64,000 nt of DNA, taken from Eledone cirrhosa. Lineage: Eukaryota. The notes under the pieces are model-generated. The model was not told the DNA's origin and ran no database searches. It saw nothing but the letters and a program-made list of their open reading frames with translations. Every line of letters begins with the position of its first letter. Positions within the stretch are counted from its first letter, which is position 1. Position numbers and translations under genes: made by a program. Positions 23,401 to 39,900 of the stretch are shown here, piece after piece. The stretch covers positions 395,126,001 through 395,190,000 of the forward strand of contig OZ024740.1 in assembly GCA_964016885.1 (NCBI GenBank). Reading direction: 5' to 3'.

Positions 23401-23600
23401 TTTAACCGGTCAGAACTCTCTCACCGCTTTCTGTTCAAACTGGCCATAACTGGCTGCTCATACCTACATTAAGGTATTGTTCTCAAAATAAATTTTAAAA
23501 AAATCTCGTGGATTCAATATTATGTGAGATAATTATGTAAGATAAAGCCTTTACTGTGAAAATACAGTTGTTAATATAGAGTAATGCAAATGCTAAAGCA
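23401..23600. mobile_element. Second, inverted copy of the piggyBac-type MITE
   Basis: Reverse complement of 13893-14090 (TTCTGTTCAAAC..GCCATAAC; TTATGTGAGATAATTATG; AAATGCTAAAG). Confidence 0.75.
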
Positions 23601-24319
23601 TTTCTATTTCTTACTCTCTACATATAGGCATATGTATTTACTTAAATAAAGTTATTCCCAAATAAACAAATCAACCCCACCAACAATTTACAACTTTAAG
23701 AAAGAAAAGAAACTTTCCCTTGGAAATATATTTTCCCAACTGTTGTGTGATATGTAAGTTTAAAGAACAAGGAAGAATTTGTCATATAATAACAGAATGG
23801 ATATCTTAGACTAGATATTGTGTAATAAACTATGATGATGATGTTGTTTAACCCTGCTGGAGTCTTGGATGAACAGAATTATGATCAAAGGCGTTCCAAC
23901 CATGACAATTCCATCTTTATTTTTATACATAGCTAATGTAAGGTCACATGTGTCAGTGTTTGGGGAAGGTTTTGCTGTTATATTTACTAAGCTGAGAAGC
24001 CACATAGAAGCTCACTCATTCACTCATATAATAGTGTTCTGCCAAGAAACACAATAGTATGGCTACAAGTCAATGAAGAAGCCTCTAAATGGTTGTTATA
24101 TTTGCAAGAAACAGCAGCCAAATATCACATACATAACATCTTACTATCTTAGAAAAAGAAGAATATATTTGATAATGTAATTTAAGTTACACTATGCCAG
24201 AAAAGAAAATACATGATGGTTGCATCTATAATATCTTTAATTATAGATTTACTCAATCAAGACTAAAAACAACGAAAGCAACAACAACAAAATGTTTGAA
24301 GCAAAATTGAACTTATAAC

Positions 24320-24745
24320 TCTTCTTCTTTTTCTTCTTTTTCTTCTTTTTCTTCTTTTTCTTCTTTTTCTTCTTCTTCTTCTTCTTCTTCTTCTTCTTCT
24401 TCTTCTTCTTCTTCTTGTTTGCCCACTTATTCCTGAGAGGGTCTTGGAGGAAGAGTCCTGAAACACTCCTTCCAGTGGGTCCTGTCAGAAACAACTGTCT
24501 CCAGCTGATCCCGCTGGATCCCCATCCATGACGAGCCAAACTCATGGAAGTTATCCAACCATCTTGCTCAGGGTCTACCCCTGGGTCTCCTGCTGGTTGG
24601 TTTTGCCCGTAAAATCTGTCCAATGATTCTTTCCTGAGACATTCTAACCACATGCCCATAGTATCAGAACTGTGATCTCACAATTTGGAGAAGAAGTAGC
24701 TCTGCCTGGAGTGACTCTCTGATCTCCACTCTATGCACTTATATT
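24320..24745 (-). mobile_element. 3' fragment of an RTE-clade (Rex3/Expander-like) LINE with (AAG)n tail
   Basis: Minus strand GHVVRMSQERIIGQILRAKPTSRRPRGRP*ARW...VSDRTHWKECFRTLPPRPSQE*; (CTT)n at 24320-24416 on the plus strand. Confidence 0.8.
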
Positions 24746-24989
24746 CAACAGTTATCAACTTAGTCAATTTTATCCCTACTTAGTATTTAGTTTTATTTCT
24801 ATTTAAACTTTAGATTTAGGACACATTTCATGAAATTTCATTGAGGTCTTCAGTAACATCTGCATTGTTGTTGTTGTCATCATCATCATCGTCATAATCA
24901 CATATTTTCTAACGTCTCCTCAATATTCTTGCTATAACAACTGTTAAACCTGTTAGCATCTTCATCATTATCACCATTATCATCACCAC

Positions 24990-27900
24990 CATATAGTAAT
25001 CCCCCTCATCACCATATCATAGTCATCATCCTCATCATCACCATATCTAGTCATCATCATCATCATCGTCATCACTATACCATAGTCATCATCCTCATCA
25101 CCATACCATAGTCATATCATCCTCATCACCATACCATAGTCATATCATCCTCATCACCATACCATAGTCATATCATCTTCATCATCATATCAGAGCCATA
25201 TCATCCTCATCACCATAACATAGTCATATCATCCTCATCACTATACCATAGTCATATCATCCTCATCACTATACCATAGTCATATCATCCTCATCACCAT
25301 ACCATAGTCATATCATCCTCATCACCATATCAGAGTCATATCATCCTCATCACCATACCATAGTCATATCATCCTCATCACCATACCATAGTCATATCAT
25401 CCTCATCACCATATCAGAGTCATATCATCCTCATCACTATACCATAGTCATATCATCCTCATCACCATACCATAGACATATCATCCTCATCACCATATCA
25501 TAGTCATATCAGCCTCATCACCATATCAGAGTCATATCATCCTCATCAGCATATCATAGTCATATAATCCCCATCAGCATATCAGAGTCATATCATCCCC
25601 ATCACGATACCATAGTCATATCATCCTCATCACCATATCATAGTCATATCATCCTCATCACCATACCATAGTCATATCATCCTCATCACCATATCATAGT
25701 CATATCATCCTCATCACCATACCATAGTCATATCATCCTCATCACCATATCAGAGTCATATCATCCTCATCACCATATCATAGTCATATCATCCTCATCA
25801 CCATATCATAGTCATATCAGCCTCATCACCATATCAGAATCATATCATCTTCATTACCATATCAGAGTCATATCATCCTCATCACCATACCATAGTCATA
25901 TCATCCTCATCACCATATCATAGTCATATCAGCCTCATCACCATATCAGAATCATATCATCCTCATCAGCATATCAGAGTCATATCATCCTCATCAGCAT
26001 ATCAGAGTCATATCATCCTAATCACTATACCATAGTCATATCAACCTCATCACCATATCATAGTCATATCAGCCTCATCACCATATCAGAGTCATATCAT
26101 CCTCATCACCATATCAGAGTCATATTATCCTAATCACTATACCATAGTCATCATCCTCATCACCATATCATAGTCATATCATCCTCATCACTATACCATA
26201 GTCATATCATCCTCATCACCATATCATAGTTATATCAGCCTGATCACTATACCATAGTCATCATCCTCATCACCATACCATAGTCATATCATCCTCATCA
26301 CCATACCATAGTCATATCATCCACATCACCATATCATAGTCATATCATCCTCATCACCATACCATAGTCATATCATCCTCATCACTATACCATAGTCCTA
26401 TCATCCTCATCACCATACCATAGTCATATCATCCTCTTCACTATACCATAGTCCTATCATCCTCATCACCATATCAGAGTCATATCATCCTCATCACTAT
26501 ACCATAGTCCTATCATCCTCATCCCCATATCAGAGTCATATCACCCTCATCACTATGCCGTAGTCATATCATCCTCATCCCCATATCATAGTCATATCAT
26601 CCTCAACCCCATATCATAGTCATATCATCCTCATCACCATATCAGAGTCATATCATCCCCATCACCATATCATAGTCATATCATCCCCATCACCATATCA
26701 TAATCATATCATCCTCATCACCATATCACAGTCATATCAGCCTCATTACCATATCATAGTCATATCATCCTCATCACATCATAGTCATATCATCCCCATC
26801 ACCATGCCATAATCATATCATCCTCATCACCATATCAGAGTCATATCATCCTAATCACCATATCATAGTCATATCATCCTCATCACCATATCATAGTCAT
26901 ATCATCCTCATCACTATATCATAGTCATATCATCCCCATCACCATATCATAATCATATCATCCTCATCACTATACCATAGTCATATCTTCCTCATCACCA
27001 TATCAGAGTCATATCATCCTCATCACCATATCATAGTCATATCATCCTCATCAGCATATCATAGTCATATCATCCTCATCACCATATCATAGTCATATCA
27101 TACTCATCACCATATCATAGTCATATCATCCTCATCACTATACTATAGTCATATCATCCTCATCACCATATCATAGTCATATCATCCTCAACCCCATATC
27201 AGAGTCATATCATCCTCATCACCATATCATAGTCATATCATCCTCAACCCCATATCATAGTCATATCATCCTCATCACCATATCATAGTCATATCATCCT
27301 CAACCCCATATCAGAGTCATATCATCCTAATCACTATACCATAGTCATATCAGCCTCATCATCATATCAGAGTCATATCATCCTCATCACCATATCAGAG
27401 TTATATCATCCTCTTCACCATATCATAGTCATATCATCCTCATCAGCATATCAGAGTCATATCCTCCTAATCACTATACCATAGTCATATCAACCTCATC
27501 ACCATATCATAGTCATATCAGCCTAATCACCATATCAGAGTCATATCATCCTTATCACCATATCAGAGTCATATCATCCTAATCACTATACCATAGTCAT
27601 CATCCTCATCACCATATCATAGTCATATCATCCTCATCACTATACCATAGTCATATCATCCTCATCACCATATCATAGTCATATCAGCCTCATCACCATA
27701 TCAGAGTCATATCATCCTCATCAGCATATCATAGTCATATAATCCCCATCAGCATATCAGAGTCATATCATCCTCATCACCATACCATAGTCATATCATC
27801 CTCATCACCATATCATAGACATATCATCCTCATCACCATACCATAGTCATATGATCCTCATCACCATATCATAGTCATATCATCCTCATCACCATACCAT

Positions 27901-30900
27901 AGTCATATCATCCTCATCACCATATCAGAGTCATATCATCCTCATCACCATATCATAGTCATATCATCCTCATCACCATATCATAGTCATATCAGCCTCA
28001 TCACCATATCAGAATCATATCATCCTCATTACCATATCAGAGTCATATCATCCTCATCACCATACTATAGTCATATCATCCTCATCACCATATCATAGTC
28101 ATATCAGCCTCATCACCATATCAGAATCATATCATCCTCAACCCCATATCAGAGTCATATCATCCTCATCAGCATATCAGAGTCATATCATGCTAATCAC
28201 TATACCATAGTCATATCAACCTCATCACCATATCATAGTCATATCAGCCTCATCACCATATCAGAGTCATATCATCCTAATCACTATACCATAGTCATCA
28301 TCCTCATCACCATATCATAGTCATATCATCCTCATCACTATACATTAGTCATATCATCCTCATCACCATATCATAGTCATATCAGCCTGATCACCATACC
28401 ATAGTCATATCATCCTCATCACCATACCATAGTCATATCATCCACATCACCATATCATAGTCATATCATCCTCATCACCATATCATAGTCATATCATCCT
28501 CCACCGCATATCAGAGTCATATCATCCTCATCACTATACCATAGTCCTATCATCCTCATCACCATACCATAGTCATATCATCCTCATCACTATACCATAG
28601 TCCTATCATCCTCATCACCATATCAGAGTCATATCATCCTCATCACTATACCATAGTCCTATCATCCTCATCACCATATCATAGTCATATCATCCTCATC
28701 ACTATACATAAGTCATATCATCCTCATCACCATATCGTAGTCATATCAGCCTGATCACCATACCATAGTCATATCATCGTCATCACTATACCATAGTCAT
28801 ATCATCCACATCACCATATCATAGTCATATCATCCTCATCACCATATCATAGTCATATCATCCTCCACCGTATATCAGAGTCATATCATCCTCATCACTA
28901 TACCATAGTCCTATCATCCTCATCACCATACCATAGTCATATCATCCTCATCACTATACCATAGTCCTATCATCCTCATCACCATATCAGAGTCATATCA
29001 TCCTCATCACTATACCATAGTCCTATCATCCTCATCCCCATATCAGAGTCATATCATCCTCATCACTATACCGTAGTCATATCATCCTGAACCCCATATC
29101 ATAGTCATATCATCCTCATCCCCGTATCAGAGTCATATCATCCCCATCACCATATCATAGTCATATCATCCCCATCACCATATCATAATCATATCATCCT
29201 CATCACCATATCATAGTCATATCAGCCTCATTACCACATCATAGTCATATCATCCTCATCACATCATAGTCATATCATCCCCATCACCATACCATAATCA
29301 TATCATCCTCATCACCATATCAGAGTCATATCATCCTCATCACCATATCAGAGTCATATCATCCTAATCACCATATCATAGTCATATCATCCTCATCACC
29401 ATATCATAGTCATACCAGCCTCATCACCATATCAGAGTCATATCATCCTCATCAGCATATCATAGTCATATAATCCCCATCAGCATATCAGAGTCATATC
29501 ATCCTCATCACCATACCATAGTCATATCATCCTCATCACCATATCATAGACATATCATCCTCATCACCATACCATAGTCATATGATCCTCATCACCATAT
29601 CATAGTCATATCATCCTCATCACCATACCATAGTCATATCATCCTCATCACCATATCAGAGTCATATCATCCTCATCACCATATCATAGTCATATCATCC
29701 TCATCACCATATCATAGTCATATCAGCCTCATCACCATATCAGAATCATATCATCCTCATTACCATATCAGAGTCATATCATCCTCATCACCATACTATA
29801 GTCATATCATCCTCATCACCATATCATAGTCATATCAGCCTCATCACCATATCAGAATCATATCATCCTCAACCCCATATCAGAGTCATATCATCCTCAT
29901 CAGCATATCAGAGTCATATCATGCTAATCACTATACCATAGTCATATCAACCTCATCACCATATCATAGTCATATCAGCCTCATCACCATATCAGAGTCA
30001 TATCATCCTAATCACTATACCATAGTCATCATCCTCATCACCATATCATAGTCATATCATCCTCATCACTATACATTAGTCATATCATCCTCATCACCAT
30101 ATCATAGTCATATCAGCCTGATCACCATACCATAGTCATATCATCCTCATCACCATACCATAGTCATATCATCCACATCACCATATCATAGTCATATCAT
30201 CCTCATCACCATATCATAGTCATATCATCCTCCACCGCATATCAGAGTCATATCATCCTCATCACTATACCATAGTCCTATCATCCTCATCACCATACCA
30301 TAGTCATATCATCCTCATCACTATACCATAGTCCTATCATCCTCATCACCATATCAGAGTCATATCATCCTCATCACTATACCATAGTCCTATCATCCTC
30401 ATCACCATATCATAGTCATATCATCCTCATCACTATACATAAGTCATATCATCCTCATCACCATATCATAGTCATATCAGCCTGATCACCATACCATAGT
30501 CATATCATCGTCATCACTATACCATAGTCATATCATCCACATCACCATATCATAGTCATATCATCCTCATCACCATATCATAGTCATATCATCCTCCACC
30601 GTATATCAGAGTCATATCATCCTCATCACTATACCATAGTCCTATCATCCTCATCACCATACCATAGTCATATCATCCTCATCACTATACCATAGTCCTA
30701 TCATCCTCATCACCATATCAGAGTCATATCATCCTCATCACTATACCATAGTCCTATCATCCTCATCCCCATATCAGAGTCATATCATCCTCATCACTAT
30801 ACCGTAGTCATATCATCCTGAACCCCATATCATAGTCATATCATCCTCATCCCCGTATCAGAGTCATATCATCCCCATCACCATATCATAGTCATATCAT

Positions 30901-33900
30901 CCCCATCACCATATCATAATCATATCATCCTCATCACCATATCATAGTCATATCAGCCTCATTACCACATCATAGTCATATCATCCTCATCACATCATAG
31001 TCATATCATCCCCATCACCATACCATAATCATATCATCCTCATCACCATATCAGAGTCATATCATCCTCATCACCATATCAGAGTCATATCATCCTAATC
31101 ACCATATCATAGTCATATCATCCTCATCACCATATCATAGTCATATCATCCTCATCACTATATCATAGTCATATCATACCCATCACCATATCATAATCAT
31201 ATCATCCTCATCACTATACCAGAGTCATATCTTCCTCATCACCATATCAGAGTCATATCATCCTCATCACCATATCATAGTCATATCATCCTCATCAGCA
31301 TATCATAGTCATATCATCCTCATCACCATATCATAGTCATATCATCCTCATCACCATATCATAGTCATATCATCCTCATCACTATACCATAGTCATATCA
31401 TCCTCATCACCATATCATAGTCATATCATCCTCAACCCCATATCATAGTCATATCATCCTCATCACCATATCATAGTCATATCATCCTCAACCCCATATC
31501 AGCGTCATATCATCCTAATCACTATACCATAGTCATATCAGCCTCATCATCATATCAGAGTCATATCATCCTCATCACCATATCAGAGTCATATCATCCT
31601 CATCACCATATCATAGTCATATCATCCTCATCAGCATATCAGAGTCATATCCTCCTAATCACTATACCATAGTCGTATCAACCTCATCACCATATCATAG
31701 TCATATCAGCCTAATCACCATATCAGAGTCATATCATCCTTATCACTATATCAGAGTCATATCATCCTAATCACTATACCATAGTCATCATTCTCATCAC
31801 CATATCATAGTCATATCATCCTCATCACTATACCATAGTCATATCATCCTCATCACCATATCATAGCCATATCATAGTCATATCAGCCTGATCGCTATAC
31901 CATAGTCATCATCCTCATCACCATATCATAGTCATATCATCCTCATCACCATACCATAGTCATATCATCCTCAACACCATATCATAGTCATATCATAGTC
32001 ATATCATCCTCATCACCATACCATAGTCATATCATCCTCATCCCCATATCATAGTCATATCATCATCATCACGATATCATAGTCATATCATCCTCCACCC
32101 CATATCAGAGTCATATCATCCTCATCACTATACCATAGTCCTATCATCCTCATCACCATACCATAGTCATATCATCCTCATCACTATACCATAGTCATAT
32201 CATCCTCATCACTATACCATAGTCCTATCATCCTCATCACCATACCATAGTCATATCATCCTCATCACTATACCATAGTCATATCATCCTCATCACTATA
32301 CCATAGTCCTATCTTCCTCATCACCATACCATAGTCATATCATCCTCATCACTATACCATAGTCATATCATCCTCATCACTATACCATAGTCCTATCATC
32401 CTCATCACCATACCATAGTCATATCATCCTCATCACTATACCATAGTCATATCATCCTCATCACTATACCATAGTCCTATCATCCTCATCCCCATATCAG
32501 AGTCATATCATCCTCATCACTATATCATAGTCATATCATCCCCATCACCATATCATAGTCATATCATCCTCATCACCATATCATAGTCATATCATCCCCA
32601 TCACCATATCATAGTCATATCATCCTCAACCCCATATCAGAGTCATATCATCCTCATCACCATATCATAGTCATATCATCCTCAACCCCATATCAGAGTC
32701 ATATCATCCTCATCCCCATATCATAGTCATATCATCCTCATCACTATACCATAGTCATATCATCCTCTTCACCATATCATAGTCATATCATCCTCATCAG
32801 CATATCATAGTCATATCATCCCCATCACCATATCAGAGTCATATCATCCTCAACCCCATATCATAGTCATATCATCCTCATCACCATATCATAGTCATAT
32901 CATCCTCAACCCCATATCAGAGTCATATCATCCTCATCACCATACCATAGTCATATCATCCTCATCCCCATATCATAGTCATATCATCCTCAACCCCATA
33001 TCAGAGTCATATCATCCTCATCACTGTACCATAGTCATATCATACTCATCACCATATCATAGTCATATCATCCTCATCAGCATATCATAGTCATATCATC
33101 CCCATCACCATATCAGAGTCATATCATCCCCATCACCTTATCAGAGTCATATCATCCTCATCACTATACCATAGTCCTATCATCCTCATCACCATATCAT
33201 AGTCATATCATCCTCCTCACCATACCATAGTCATATCATCCTCATCACTATACCATAGTCATATCATCCTCATCACCATACCATAGTCATATCATCCTCA
33301 TCCCCATATCATAGTAATATCATCCTCAACCCCATACCATAGTCATATCATCCTCATCACTATACCATAGTCATATTATCCTCATCACTATACCATAGTC
33401 ATATCAGCCTCATCACTATACCATCATCATATCATCCTCATCACTATATGATAGTCATATCATCCTCATCAGCATATCATAGTCATATCATCCTCATCAC
33501 CATATCATAGTCATATCATCCTCATCACCATATCAGAGTCATATCAGCCTCATCACCATACCATAGTCATATCATCCTCATCACTATACCATAGTCATAT
33601 CATCCTCATCCCCATATCAGAGTCATATCATCCTCATCACCATATCAGAGTCATATCATCCTCATCACCATATCATAGTCATATCATCCTCATCACCATA
33701 TCAGAGTCATATCATCCTCATCACCATATCATAGTCATATCATCCTCATCACCATATCAGAGTCATATCATCCTCATCACCATATCAGAGTCATATCATC
33801 CCCATCACGATACCATAGTCATATCATCCTCATCACCATATCATAGTCATATCATCCTCATCACCATATCAGAGTCATATCATCCTCATCACCATATCAT

Positions 33901-36900
33901 AGTCATATCATCCTCAACCCCATATCAGAGTCATATCATCCTCATCACCATACCATAGTCATATCAGCCTCATCACTATACCATAGTCATATCATCCTCA
34001 TCACCATACCATAGTCATATCATCCTCATCACTATACCATAGTCCTATCATCCTTATCACCATACCATAGTCATATCATCCTCATCACTATACCATAGTC
34101 CTATCATCCTCATCCCCATATCAGTCATATCATCCTCATCACTATACCATAGTCATATCATCCTCATCACTATACCATAGTCCTATCATCATCATCCCCA
34201 TATCAGAGTCATATCATCCTCATCCCCATATCATAGTCCTATCATCCTCATCCCCATATCATAGTCATATCATCCTCATCACTATACCATAGTCATATCA
34301 TCCTCTTCACCATATCATAGTCATATCATCCTCAACCCCATACCATAGTCATATCATCCTCATCACCATACCATAGTCATATCATCCTCATCCCCATATC
34401 ATAGTCATATCATCCTCAACCCCATATCAGAGTCATATCATCCTCATCACTATACCATAGTCATATCATCCTCATCACCATACCATAGTCATATCATACT
34501 CATCACCCTATCATAGTCATATCATCCTCATCAGCATATCATAGTCATATCATCCCCATCACCATATCAGAGTCATATCATCCCCATCACCTTATCAGAG
34601 TCATATCATCCTCATCACTATACCATAGTCCTATCATCCTCATCACCATATCATAGTCATATCCTCCTCCTCACCATACCATAGTCATATCATCCTCATC
34701 ACTATACCATAGTCCTATCATCCTCATCACCATATCATAGTCATATCATCCTCATCACCATACCATAGTCCTATCATCCTCATCACCATACCATAGTCAT
34801 ATCATCCTCATCACTATACCATAGTCATATCATCCTCATCACCATACCATAGTCATATCATCCTCATCCCCATACCATAGTCATATCATCCTCATCACTA
34901 TACCATAGTCATATCATCCTCATCACCATACCATAGTCATATCATCCTCCTCACCATACCATAGTCATATCATCCTCATCACTATACCATAGTCCTATCA
35001 TCCTCATCACCATACCATAGTCATATCATCCCCATCACCATATCATAATCATATCATCCTCATCACCATATCACAGTCATATCAGCCTCATTACCATATC
35101 ATAATCATATCATCCTCATCACATCATAGTCATATCATCCCCATCACCATGCCATAATCATATCATCCTCATCACCATATCAGAGTCATATCATCCTAAT
35201 CACCATATCAGAGTCATATCATCCCCATCACCATATCATAGTCATATCATCCCCATCACCATATCATAATCATATCATCCTCATCACCATATCACAGTCA
35301 TATCAGCCTCATTACCATATCATAGTCATATCATCCTCATCACATCATAGTCATATCATCCCCATCACCATGCCATAATCATATCATCCTCATCACCATA
35401 TCAGAGTCATATCATCCTAATCACCATATCATAGTCATATCATCCTCATCACCATATCATAGTCATATCATCCTCATCACTATATCATAGTCATATCATC
35501 CCCATCACCATATCATAATCATATCATCCTCATCACTATACCATAGTCATATCTTCCTCATCACCATATCAGAGTCATATCATCCTCATCACCATATCAT
35601 AGTCATATCATCCTCATCAGCATATCATAGTCATATCATCCTCATCACCATATCATAGTCATATCATACTCATCACCATATCATAGTCATATCATCCTCA
35701 TCACTATACTATAGTCATATCATCCTCATCACCATATCATAGTCATATCATCCTCAACCCCATTTCAGAGTCATATCATCCTCATCACCATATCATAGTC
35801 ATATCATCCTCAACCCCATATCATAGTCATATCATCCTCATCACAATATCATAGTCATATCATCCTCAACCCCATATCAGAGTCATATCATCCTAATCAC
35901 TATACCATAGTCATATCAGCCTCATCATCATATCAGAGTCATATCATCCTCATCACCATATCAGAGTTATATCATCCTCTTCACCATATCATAGTCATAT
36001 CATCCTCATCAGCATATCAGAGTCATATCCTCCTAATCACTATACCATAGTCATATCAACCTCATCACCATATCATAGTCATATCAGCCTAATCACCATA
36101 TCAGAGTCATATCATCCTTATCACCATATCAGAGTCATATCATCCTAATCACTATACCATAGTCATCATCCTCATCACCATATCATAGTCATATCATCCT
36201 CATCACTATACCATAGTCATATCATCCTCATCACCATATCATAGTCATATCAGCCTCATCACCATATCAGAGTCATATCATCCTCATCAGCATATCATAG
36301 TCATATAATCCCCATCAGCATATCAGAGTCATATCATCCTCATCACCATACCATAGTCATATCATCCTCATCACCATATCATAGACATATCATCCTCATC
36401 ACCATACCATAGTCATATGATCCTCATCACCATATCATAGTCATATCATCCTCATCACCATACCATAGTCATATCATCCTCATCACCATATCAGAGTCAT
36501 ATCATCCTCATCACCATATCATAGTCATATCATCCTCATCAGCATATCATAGTCATATCAGCCTCATCACCATATCAGAATCATATCATCCTCATTACCA
36601 TATCAGAGTCATATCATCCTCATCACCATACTATAGTCATATCATCCTCATCACCATATCATAGTCATATCAGCCTCATCACCATATCAGAATCATATCA
36701 TCCTCAACCCCATATCAGAGTCATATCATCCTCATCAGCATATCAGAGTCATATCATGCTAATCACTATACCATAGTCATATCAACCTCATCACCATATC
36801 ATAGTCATATCAGCCTCATCACCATATCAGAGTCATATCATCCTAATCACTATACCATAGTCATCATCCTCATCACCATATCATAGTCATATCATCCTCA

Positions 36901-39900
36901 TCACTATACATTAGTCATATCATCCTCATCACCATATCATAGTCATATCAGCCTGATCACCATACCATAGTCATATCATCCTCATCACCATACCATAGTC
37001 ATATCATCCACATCACCATATCATAGTCATATCATCCTCATCACCATATCATAGTCATATCATCCTCCACCGCATATCAGAGTCATATCATCCTCATCAC
37101 TATACCATAGTCCTATCATCCTCATCACCATACCATAGTCATATCATCCTCATCACTATACCATAGTCCTATCATCCTCATCACCATATCAGAGTCATAT
37201 CATCCTCATCACTATACCATAGTCCTATCATCCTCATCACCATATCATAGTCATATCATCCTCATCACTATACATAAGTCATATCATCCTCATCACCATA
37301 TCATAGTCATATCAGCCTGATCACCATACCATAGTCATATCATCGTCATCACCATACCATAGTCATATCATCCACATCACCATATCATAGTCATATCATC
37401 CTCATCACCATATCATAGTCATATCATCCTCCACCGTATATCAGAGTCATATCATCCTCATCACTATACCATAGTCCTATCATCCTCATCACCATACCAT
37501 AGTCATATCATCCTCATCACTATACCATAGTCCTATCATCCTCATCACCATATCAGAGTCATATCATCCTCATCACTATACCATAGTCCTATCATCCTCA
37601 TCCCCATATCAGAGTCATATCATCCTCATCACTATACCGTAGTCATATCATCCTGAACCCCATATCATAGTCATATCATCCTCATCCCCGTATCAGAGTC
37701 ATATCATCCCCATCACCATATCATAGTCATATCATCCCCATCACCATATCATAATCATATCATCCTCATCACCATATCATAGTCATATCAGCCTCATTAC
37801 CACATCATAGTCATATCATCCTCATCACATCATAGTCATATCATCCCCATCACCATACCATAATCATATCATCCTCATCACCATATCAGAGTCATATCAT
37901 CCTCATCACCATATCAGAGTCATATCATCCTAATCACCATATCATAGTCATATCATCCTCATCACCATATCATAGTCATATCATCCTCATCACTATATCA
38001 TAGTCATATCATACCCATCACCATATCATAATCATATCATCCTCATCACTATACCAGAGTCATATCTTCCTCATCACCATATCAGAGTCATATCATCCTC
38101 ATCACCATATCATAGTCATATCATCCTCATCAGCATATCATAGTCATATCATCCTCATCACCATATCATAGTCATATCATCCTCATCACCATATCATAGT
38201 CATATCATCCTCATCACTATACCATAGTCATATCATCCTCATCACCATATCATAGTCATATCATCCTCAACCCCATATCATAGTCATATCATCCTCATCA
38301 CCATATCATAGTCATATCATCCTCAACCCCATATCAGCGTCATATCATCCTAATCACTATACCATAGTCATATCAGCCTCATCATCATATCAGAGTCATA
38401 TCATCCTCATCACCATATCAGAGTCATATCATCCTCATCACCATATCATAGTCATATCATCCTCATCAGCATATCAGAGTCATATCCTCCTAATCACTAT
38501 ACCATAGTCGTATCAACCTCATCACCATATCATAGTCATATCAGCCTAATCACCATATCAGAGTCATATCATCCTTATCACCATATCAGAGTCATATCAT
38601 CCTAATCACTATACCATAGTCATCATTCTCATCACCATATCATAGTCATATCATCCTCATCACTATACCATAGTCATATCATCCTCATCACCATATCATA
38701 GCCATATCATAGTCATATCAGCCTGATCGCTATACCATAGTCATCATCCTCATCACCATATCATAGTCATATCATCCTCATCACCATACCATAGTCATAT
38801 CATCCTCAACACCATATCATAGTCATATCATAGTCATATCATCCTCATCACCATACCATAGTCATATCATCCTCATCCCCATATCATAGTCATATCATCA
38901 TCATCACGATATCATAGTCATATCATCCTCCACCCCATATCAGAGTCATATCATCCTCATCACTATACCATAGTCCTATCATCCTCATCACCATACCATA
39001 GTCATATCATCCTCATCACTATACCATAGTCATATCATCCTCATCACTATACCATAGTCCTATCATCCTCATCACCATACCATAGTCATATCATCCTCAT
39101 CACTATACCATAGTCATATCATCCTCATCACTATACCATAGTCCTATCTTCCTCATCACCATACCATAGTCATATCATCCTCATCACTATACCATAGTCA
39201 TATCATCCTCATCACTATACCATAGTCCTATCATCCTCATCACCATACCATAGTCATATCATCCTCATCACTATACCATAGTCATATCATCCTCATCACT
39301 ATACCATAGTCCTATCATCCTCATCCCCATATCAGAGTCATATCATCCTCATCACTATATCATAGTCATATCATCCCCATCACCATATCATAGTCATATC
39401 ATCCTCATCACCATATCATAGTCATATCATCCCCATCACCATATCATAGTCATATCATCCTCAACCCCATATCAGAGTCATATCATCCTCATCACCATAT
39501 CATAGTCATATCATCCTCAACCCCATATCAGAGTCATATCATCCTCATCCCCATATCATAGTCATATCATCCTCATCACTATACCATAGTCATATCATCC
39601 TCTTCACCATATCATAGTCATATCATCCTCATCAGCATATCATAGTCATATCATCCCCATCACCATATCAGAGTCATATCATCCTCAACCCCATATCATA
39701 GTCATATCATCCTCATCACCATATCATAGTCATATCATCCTCAACCCCATATCAGAGTCATATCATCCTCATCACCATACCATAGTCATATCATCCTCAT
39801 CCCCATATCATAGTCATATCATCCTCAACCCCATATCAGAGTCATATCATCCTCACCACTGTACCATAGTCATATCATACTCATCACCATATCATAGTCA